Part shown: piece by piece, positions 1 to 8,600 of the stretch
Layout of the letters: every line of letters starts with the position of its first letter
Numbering within the stretch: position 1 is the first letter of the stretch
NCBI GenBank assembly: GCA_964354495.1
Contig: CAYHAA010000005.1
Coordinates: 1-32,000 of the forward strand
Direction of reading: 5' to 3'
DNA from: an uncultured archaeon
GTDB taxonomy: Archaea; Asgardarchaeota; Thorarchaeia; Thorarchaeales; Thorarchaeaceae
Length of the DNA: 32,000 bases
Notes under the pieces: generated by a model
What the model was told of the DNA's origin: nothing
Database searches by the model: none
The model's input: only the letters and a program-made list of their open reading frames with translations
Made by a program: the position numbers and the translations under genes

Positions 1-1
1 C

Positions 2-1804
2 AAGGTCAGAGCTCTGACCAAGGACCTTGTGTCCCTGATCTCGGCTGGCGAGGTCATTGAGAATCCGGCCTCTATTGTGAAGGAACTGATAGAGAACTCA
101 CTTGATGCTGAAGCAGATTTGATTGAGGCTGTGATAGAGGAGGGAGGCATCAAAAAGATCACGGTGTCAGACAATGGAAGCGGCATTCTCAAGGATGACT
201 GCAAGATCTGCCTCCAGCGCTATTCGACAAGCAAGATTAGAACAAAGAAGGACCTTGAAGAGATTACCACCTATGGCTTCAGGGGCGAAGCTCTGGCAAG
301 CATTGCATCCGTTGCCGATATTAGAATCACAACCCAGACTGATGAAGAAGAAACGGGAACACTTGTTGTATCCAAGTTTGGGACCAAGCCAACATACCAG
401 GAGGTTTCAAGACCAAGGGGGACCACAGTCGAGGTCGGAGAGCTGTTCAGGAATGTTGCGGCAAGGAGGAAACATCTCGCAGATGCAAAGACAGAGTCAC
501 AGAGAATCCAAGAGGCGATCATGAAACACGCAGCTATTCGCCCAGATGTCGGATTCCGGCTCGTAAGGGATGGAAAGATCATCATCGAATGTCCTCCAAA
601 CCAGAATGCGAGTAATAGGATTGCGATGCTGTGGGGTCATGAGATTGCCAAGGCACTTGTCGATGTTGAGTTCTCAATGAACGAATTGCGCATCTCAGGT
701 TTTGTCGCGCGACCCCCCATTTCACGAGGCAACAGGTCTCGAGAGTATTTCTCTGTAGTCAAGAGACCCATATCTGATGAGAAGCTGAGCCATGCTGTTG
801 AGTCTGCATACTCCACCACTTTGATGAAGAGCCAGTATCCCATCTGCGCTCTGGATATCACAACTGACCTCTCAAAAGTAGATGTCAATGTGCACCCAAC
901 AAAGAGAGAAGTAAGAATTCTCGATATGGACCAGGTCTGCGCAGCAGTCAGGAAGGCAACGCTCGATGCCCTAGGAAAAGGGCATTCCAAAGATGAGCCC
1001 ATAGCCCTTGAAGCGGTATTTGGCGAACCTGTTGAGAGCAGCATTGACAGAGGACTGGCTGCAACCTCTCGGGATACTATGAAGCCCATAAATCAGCTGG
1101 CAGCGATTCCAGTGATCGAGCAGAGAGTACTCGGAGCTTTGAATGAAGATCTGCAGGAATCAGCTGATGTCGAATTTCTCGGAGGCGTCTTCAGAATCGT
1201 TGGACAGATTCACAACCTCTACATCCTGCTCGAGTTCGATGACGGCCTCCTGATTGTTGATCAGCATGCAGCGCATGAGAGGATACTGTATGAGCGACTG
1301 CGAAAGGATGTGAATGATGGAACTGTTGCTGTGCAGGAGCTTCTCCAGCCTTTTGTCTTGAACCTGAATCAGAAGGATGCAGAACAAATCCTAGAGATTG
1401 TGGACATCTTGAATGAGATTGGCTACACAATAAGCAGCTTCGGTGGAAACGATATTGCCATCTCTACGCTTCCAGAGATATTCGGTAGAATAGCCTCTGA
1501 AAAGGAGCTCATGTCCCTAGTTGATAGAATCATTGACCTTGGGAATCATCAGGCTCGTGAAACGTTCGTAGATGACTTGGTAAAGATCACAGCCTGTCAT
1601 TCCGCCATACGTGCGGGTCAACCACTAGAGGTAGAACAGATGAGAAATATGCTTCTGGACCTGTCCAAAACGAAGAACAAGTATAACTGCTGTCATGGCA
1701 GGCCTTCTATGCTCAAGATAATGAAAGAGGACATCGATCGCAGCGTGGGAAGGATGGGGCCTGAAGCGATCAAGAGATTCAGAGCAAGACATGGACTGAA
1801 GTAG
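2..1804 (+). CDS. mutL: DNA mismatch repair endonuclease/ATPase MutL (5' partial; true start lies just upstream of the window)
   Basis: Frame is open from base 2 (KVRALTKDLVSLISAGEVIENPASIVKELIENSLDA). GHKL motifs DNGSGI, TSKI, GFRGEALASI and GTTVEV; DVNVHPTKREVR; endonuclease motifs DQHAAHERILYE, ACH and CCHGRP. Confidence 0.97.
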   Translation, partial: KVRALTKDLVSLISAGEVIENPASIVKELIENSLDAEADLIEAVIEEGGIKKITVSDNGSGILKDDCKICLQRYSTSKIRTKKDLEEITTYGFRGEALASIASVADIRITTQTDEEETGTLVVSKFGTKPTYQEVSRPRGTTVEVGELFRNVAARRKHLADAKTESQRIQEAIMKHAAIRPDVGFRLVRDGKIIIECPPNQNASNRIAMLWGHEIAKALVDVEFSMNELRISGFVARPPISRGNRSREYFSVVKRPISDEKLSHAVESAYSTTLMKSQYPICALDITTDLSKVDVNVHPTKREVRILDMDQVCAAVRKATLDALGKGHSKDEPIALEAVFGEPVESSIDRGLAATSRDTMKPINQLAAIPVIEQRVLGALNEDLQESADVEFLGGVFRIVGQIHNLYILLEFDDGLLIVDQHAAHERILYERLRKDVNDGTVAVQELLQPFVLNLNQKDAEQILEIVDILNEIGYTISSFGGNDIAISTLPEIFGRIASEKELMSLVDRIIDLGNHQARETFVDDLVKITACHSAIRAGQPLEVEQMRNMLLDLSKTKNKYNCCHGRPSMLKIMKEDIDRSVGRMGPEAIKRFRARHGLK

Positions 1805-1933
1805 CATCTTCGTTCTGCCGACTCGAAGTGCAGCCCTGATGCAGTGTCTGGGAGAAGGCGACTCAGAGACTCAATGGTGTCCAGCCCGTAGGAAACTGCA
1901 CAGACTGATAAGGGAGTCTGACTATATGAAAGA

Positions 1934-2006
1934 TGGCAGTCGATGAGGCGAACAATACAATCAGAGCCTTCGCGATGATGAAACGGTGAGCAGCTGAGAC
2001 TTGCCA
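1934..2006 (+). ncRNA. Candidate box C/D guide sRNA
   Basis: Degenerate C box (GTCGATGA, 1939-1946), 15 nt, D' (CAGA, 1962-1965), 9 nt, C' (ATGATGA, 1975-1981), 12 nt, D (CTGA, 1994-1997). Flanked by TGGCAGTC/GACTTGCCA, which can form a terminal stem. Lies in a ~410-nt intergenic gap. Confidence 0.28.
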
Positions 2007-2216
2007 CTCTGCTTCATTCAAGAACTGCCCTCGTGAATATGCGAATCTTGCAGTGTGAATGGGATATCATGCGGTATCATCATAGTAGTGCTTAGGAATA
2101 CATCAGGAACCAAAAAGCGAAGGCTTTTACTAGGATTTGTTGATAGATGTTCAGGCCAAAGAAACACTTGCGTCAAGCAGACCAGTGGACATGCCGGGAT
2201 GCAGGAAGGGATTCCG

Positions 2217-2621
2217 ATGAGCACGACGTGGTTCATTGCCAAAGAGTACCTCAAGAGACTGGAGATCGATTTTGAGGAACATGGACGCAAGACGTTCAGC
2301 GTTCGTCCGCAGAGGCATGTAGAAACAAAGGTCATCGAGGTCTTTCCTGGCAAGGACTGGATTACGCTAACAACTCGACTGATGAACCTTGAAACCCTGC
2401 AAGCCAAGGAAAAAGAGAACGTCTACGAGAAACTACTGAGAGCAAATGCATCTCTTGTAGAGGTGAACTTCGGAATTGACAAGAAGAGCTGCCTAATGCT
2501 GAGAAGTGCAGTACCGGTGACAGGTATCTCATACGATCTCTTCAACTGTATCTACGAAGCACATATTGCAGCCACGAAATTCTTTTTCGAGAAGATGAAG
2601 GACGAGCTTTTCAAAGAGTGA
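2217..2621 (+). CDS. YbjN-family / type III secretion chaperone-like fold protein, 134 aa
   Basis: Start moved to ATG 2217 (MSTTWF), which follows a GGAAGG purine tract; the ORF-track N-terminal extension looks non-coding. LLRANASLVEVNFGIDKKSCLMLRSAVP matches the YbjN/CesT-like 'LLxxN...FGID' pattern. Confidence 0.65.
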   Translation: MSTTWFIAKEYLKRLEIDFEEHGRKTFSVRPQRHVETKVIEVFPGKDWITLTTRLMNLETLQAKEKENVYEKLLRANASLVEVNFGIDKKSCLMLRSAVPVTGISYDLFNCIYEAHIAATKFFFEKMKDELFKE

Positions 2622-2652
2622 GCAGTACATCGTCAGCTCTATTATCAAGATT

Positions 2653-2684
2653 GAAAAAGGAGAGAAGCGGGTCCAGAACCCGCT
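2653..2684 (-). terminator. Hairpin plus U-tract terminator of the giant surface-protein gene
   Basis: 7-bp stem AGCGGGT/ACCCGCT (2666-2684) followed on the minus strand by TCTCTCCTTTTT; 10 nt downstream of the stop codon, between convergent genes. Confidence 0.6.
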
Positions 2685-2694
2685 CACTGCAGTT

Positions 2695-5600
2695 CTAGCT
2701 TCGCTTTCTCAGAGCAACAAGGATGATGACTACGACTAGGAGACCGCCAATTGCCGCGATGATTACAAACATTGAGTCTCCAAGGATTGTGCCAGTCCCT
2801 GTGCCCGTTGTCGTGGTTGTTGTCGTGGTCGTTGTCGTGACTATGGGTTCCACGACTGTGTACGAGAACTCACCAGAGATTGCTTCATTGCCTAGACTAT
2901 CCATTGCCACTAGTCTGTATGTAATGCTTGCACCATCAGCTTGTGCAGGGATGGCACCAGACCATGTGGTTCCATCTGCGGCCATTGTTACATTCGCCCA
3001 AGCTCCGGTGCCAATCCTGTACTGGAGAGTGACATAGTCAATGCCAGACGGATCAACAACGGTTGCAGACACAGTAACAGTGTCAGTGGGACTTGGGCTC
3101 GCAGGATCGTGCGCAATCAATGACATTGATGGGCCGTACGTATCGGGCAGTCCACCACTGGAGAAAGTGAAGAGATTCACTGCGCCCTCGAAGAAGTTGT
3201 CATCGATATCAGTAACTGTCACCCAGAAACTGACTGTGGTCGAAGGTGCATGATTGGGTATTACTCCTTCGTAGTAGCCAGCATCAAGAGTCATTGTCAC
3301 ATTGAAGTAACCAGAGGCATTCGAGTACGTCAGAATGACCTGGTCAATGCCAGACCCACCTGTGTCAGCTACTTGAGTTGATATGACAGCGACTTCATTG
3401 CCTAACCCATCAGTACTGTTCTCCCACGTCAGAGTGGCGATAGTAGGAGCAATGTTATCCCTGAATGGGAATGCCCTTGGCGCTGAGACTCCCACGTTTC
3501 CTGCATTATCACTTGCAATGATCTGATAGTTGAAGGTGTACCGGCCATCTTGAGTTCGTGGGATATTCACTACCCAACGACCAAGCCCCTCATTGTGAGT
3601 CATGCTATAGTTCTCGTTGTTATCAATGTCGTGGACCTTCACTCCTGCCAACTCCGAGCCGCCACTGTCAGTGACTATGGCTTCAATATGGGCGTTATCT
3701 ACTCCAGTTACCTTGAGAGGTACATGAGTGACTGTGCCAATAGCTGGTGCGTCAGTATCAGTAGTGCCATGCGAGATGTAGCCCACAAACACTGGGTCCA
3801 CCGTCACGGCCCAACCGTCCCACCACTTGAAACCAATCAAAGTGTAGAACTGCTCAGAGGTGACTGAGAATGATGTTGCAGTACCTCCACTTCCAGACAC
3901 GTAGATGGCACTGAGCGCAGAGAGTGGAACAGACTGCGCGTCCACTATGCAAGTTTGAGATGCATTCTTTGACCAAGAATACGGAGCGCCACCAAGGCTC
4001 ATCATTGCGACACTACTTATGCCAGAGGTCATAGTGAAGTTGCTGGATGCACTCGCCACTTCGTTATCGAGAATCTGTCCATAATCGCCGATATACGTGG
4101 CAAGTGCACAGCCGCCTCCACCACATGTAACTATTGAGAGGTCGCTAAAGAAGGATACAGCTAGACTCATTCCTTCGAGAACATCGGTTCCGCCAGGTGT
4201 ATCAAGACCCCACTGGCCTACGGAAATATCAAACTTCACTTCTGCAATGTTAGAACCAGTCTCATTCACAATTCCTGTGAAGTGCACAGCAAGAGAAAAC
4301 TCGTCCACTGCACACTTTGTGGGTCGCTCACTGAAGCTGGCAAAGTCAGATCCATAGTACTGACCAACGTACCAATCCCAGTAGGAGAACGCTCCGAATG
4401 GGTAGACAATGCCCGTAACATTCTCAAAGGTCACTCCGAAATCAACTGTTTCATTGACGCCGAGGTAGATGGAGTCAGTTGGGTTGTAGTTGCCAAAGGC
4501 CTCGCCAGGAGTGACGAAACTCACTGATTCTACATCGACAGGCATCCAGTAATGCGTCATCTCGGAGTCGCTTAGGCTTTCCGCTGACACATTCATGAAG
4601 TTGTCATCGTTCTCATCCTGCCAAGCAAACATTCCTGCGTATTGGTAGGCTAGATTGATGTCCATTAGTTCGCTATATGTGCCATTGCTGACATCAGTGC
4701 TATAGTGCTCGTCAAGCTCCCACCACAACCAACTCCATTCCCGAGAATTGTCGACTGCCCATTCCCATCCCTCCTTAGTCGCCTTCTGGACTAGGTCATC
4801 GGAGGTGAAGTTTTGGGCAAGCCATGCAATGCCCCAATAGCCTGGTCGTGAATTGCCCCATTCATCAAGGAGCGTTTCTTTGACTACATCTAACTCTGCA
4901 GGTGTCAGGGTTTGACCTGATGACGCCTTGGTCCAGATGTAGCTGTCTTCCCATGAGCATGTCCAATTGAAGGTGACAATGCCTGTAAAAGAGTGCATAA
5001 GGAACTCGTCCGCCCATGTGCTGTTATCAGGATCCCAGAGAATTGTAACATCCAGATACTCGTGAGTTATGTTATACCAGTCGGTTGATGAATGGAATTC
5101 CCTAACGAAGTACTGGTCATCTTTTGTGTCTAGGTCTCCATCCAGGTCGAGTGCGCCAGTATCAGGTTCGACAGTCCAAAGGTCAATACCCCATAGACCA
5201 GATTTCGGAGCACCAGTCACGATTCTGTCTTGTTCACGGATGATGGATGCAGGCAGTGGAGCATAGTCAAGCTTCTGAGAGTACCCCTCGAAGCGATATG
5301 CCTTGTAGATCATATCAGATCTTCCAGTGATGTTGTACACTGCTTCACCATACGTGAAGTTCCATGATGGAAAGTTATAGCGGTAGCTCTCTGGCGTATA
5401 GGATAGCGGGATGATCTCATACTTTGTTCCATTCATTGCCTGAAGGAAGAAGTAGTATTCTCCCCACACACTATTCTCCTCATGGACTTCCTCATACCAT
5501 ATCGAGCCATCCCATCTCCAATCAGTCACATTGTATCGTATGACGGGAACAGACATTGCCTGGAACCAGAAGGACCCATTATCCATGGTTCCCGTGACAT

Positions 5601-8600
5601 TCTCAATCATGATGACCTGAGAGGATAACTCATCCCATCCATGCCACCACTGATAGGCACCATAGATGTCAATCATATAGTATGTGTCTATTTCATAGTT
5701 GGACAAGTCAGTGGGCCACATCTGGGGATGGTCCATTCTTGAATAGAAGAACGTTCCATTGGATAGCGTGATGTTGTGAAAGACTGCGCGCCAGGTTGAG
5801 TTGCTATAGAACTCCTCCCCCAATTCAGTCATAACATATGCATAACTGCCCGTGCTGTTATATGAGTGAATCTGACTTGAGTAGTAGTCCCCACTATAGT
5901 CGCCTGTTACGAGATTCAGCCAATCTGTGACCTCGAACTCCAGTGTTGCAGGATTTCTATGACCCACAGCCACCGTCCAATCGTTATGAAGCACTTCAGA
6001 AATGAACAGCGACCCGTTGGCTCTGGTCACCCATGGCATTTGGTCGGAATAAATGTCGTAGTTCATGAAATGGTAAGGTGCCTTGCCCCAGTCAGTCAGA
6101 TTGTACAACGTACTGGATACATTCACTTGATAGACTTGGTAGGCGTAGTCATATCCAACATTGAGGGGATCAGGGGCGAACATGTCGAGAATCTTCTTTG
6201 CCACATATGCAGAGCCATTAATGTACGCTATTTCTTGGGAGTATCTGTTACGGATAATCCAATCCAGGTCGTACCATCCACTCATAGGCTCTCCTGCCTT
6301 CGGTATTGGGTAGTTAGTTCCTCCAACAGTGACATATGCAAAGAGTCGAGTCAGATAGTAAGGAATGAACACGTCGGAGTATGCTCCGCCACATCTCATC
6401 AACTCCCGTGGCCACTCGAACAAATAGTGTCGTCCATCGTGTGGGTTGAAGTACATATAGAGGTTTTCAAAACCTGGTTCCGTACACCTCCATACATCCA
6501 GAGGTTCCAAAGTTCCATTGAGACGAATAATCCAATGGTCATATCCAACGTATTCAGGCCAGCCAATCATGTAGAGTGGCTTAGTATTGAATGGTTCATA
6601 GGGATAGAGCGGTGCGGCATAGGTCATGCATGTATAGTCAACCTTTGCAACTGGAACTACACCAACTCTTACGGATGTGTATCCGCTCCATTCAGGCCAT
6701 ATCATGACGATGAATGAACCATCATCTGCAATCATGGAGTACATATCCATCGCGCCAATGTAATACGGATCGGATTGGAATGAGAAGAACCAAGTGCCGT
6801 TAGCCAGAGTGACATTGTACAGAGGCACAGTCTGGTCGCCAAAGACCTCTAGCTCAGTGCCATTGACCAGTCTAATGAAATGCCTATAGTCCTCAAGAAC
6901 GTAATCATATTCCTCACGAATTAGAGTCTCGTATGTATAGTCCTTGTCGCCGAAGACATAGCTCTTAAGCCATACAGGCGTGCCAGCAATCATGACAAAG
7001 GGAACGCTTCTGCGCTCATACACTTCATCAGTCTGAGTATTGTGGAAGACGCGTGCCTTAAAGGGCTGCTCGACGTAGACTATCTGAGTTCCATTCCAAT
7101 AGTGATATGCAGTGTCTTCTGTCCAGCCAAGGACAGTGTGGCTGCCCCAACCGGACTCATAGTCTGTGACCCAGGTGAGGTTTCCGTAGAAGTACTCCCA
7201 CCACCATTCAAGCGCTGGCATACTAGGCTCAGGCGTGATGTCAAACGACACTTTCAGGTCATTTCCGATGATTGAGTACGAAACATTACCAGCAATCAGG
7301 CAGCTAACGGGCATCTTTGCACGCAGAGATTGCATGGGATAATGCTGGTCGGTCCAGTCATTAGCAACAAAGTCCCAGATTCGTTCTTGCCAGAAGTAGT
7401 CCGTAATGAGGATTTTCTCGGGCTGCCAGATTCCAGGAGCTATTTCCTTGTTAATCCACTCGTAGTGCTCGCCGAGACCCCAAGATGTTCTCACAGTATA
7501 GTTGTAGACATTCACTTCTATGGTGCCTATTGGACTTACTTTGACCTGTATCTGTACGTCAGAGTATTGCGACCACTCAAGATCTACTTCCCTACCCCAG
7601 CGCTCCTGATGACCGTGCATGATGAACACGATACCATCAATATCATCAGCATAGTCAATGCCTCCTTGTAGTCTTGATGTGACAGTGAATGTGTCACCAA
7701 TATCTGCCTGAAATATCCAGCTTGGATTGTATGGTTTGCCCTCATGAGTGAGCCTGACTACTGAGACAGGACTGTCGACTGCAAGTTCTCTTAAGTCCTC
7801 ATAGTCAAGAGCTTGTTGAGGTGATGCAATAGGTAAGTTGACGAAGTTCACAAGTTGCTGACCATCAAGAGTGTATAGACGCTCAGAGAAGTGGAGAGTT
7901 TGACCGTTCTCACTTCCTGAAGGCAGCATTTCTTCGTTTATGTGACCTCTAAAGGTCACTACCAATTCGCCTGATGTTGTGTTGATGTAGACACCGCTTG
8001 TAGTCTCATTGAGTATGAAGGGCGTTGGAAAAGCGGGAGACCAAGATTCGTACTCCTGCCAGCTGGTGTACTCCCAGCTGTCGCCAATCCATGTGTAGTT
8101 ATCGTAGTGGTACAGAGCATGGTACATCCAGTTCGAGGATTCGAAATCATATGAAATTGCATACTCCGGCCAGGTCTGACGAATTCCGGATCCTTCGCCG
8201 AACGGGTAATAGAAGAAATATTCCTTGCCCATATTCAGCCATGTGTATGTTTCCTCCCAGTGATAGCCCTCTTTGGGTTCAGACCAAGTCACTTCAACAC
8301 TGGCGTTCCAAATGTATGTACCTGCTGCTTGACTCCATTCCCAAGCTCCATTGCGGACATGGGTTTCTTTGTAGGGGCCATAGACCCAGCGTTGTATTTT
8401 GATATTCGAGGGTGCTGACATGTGAATTGTGGCGTTGTCCATGAGCGTCGCATTGCTGACTGTCATCGTGATGTTGAAATCAACCCCACGATTGGCTGTA
8501 TAGAGTATTTCACCATCATCACCGAGTCGTGATACTACGTAGTATCCTCCAAAAGCGCTATTGACAATCTCATTAAGGTTCAGACCCAATAAGCAACCAC

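Noticed and set aside
1830-2010. Fragments resembling a cobalamin riboswitch (GGGAGAAGGC, GAGACTTGCC, GCCACT)
   Set aside because: Elements are in the wrong order and the conserved core is missing; no B12-related gene downstream.
2055-2216. ORF-track N-terminal extensions (also 9379-9480, 19701-19781 and 19768-19842)
   Set aside because: Downstream ATGs match the family N-termini or signal peptide and mostly have SD-like sites; the extensions look non-coding.
1806-2216. Frame upstream of the YbjN-like gene interrupted only by TGA stops (possible selenoprotein extension)
   Set aside because: No known selenoprotein motif or SECIS; three TGAs in a row is plausible by chance.
5959-6717. 252-aa ORF and other short ORFs antisense to the giant gene
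   Set aside because: Nested opposite a coherent CDS, with no motifs.
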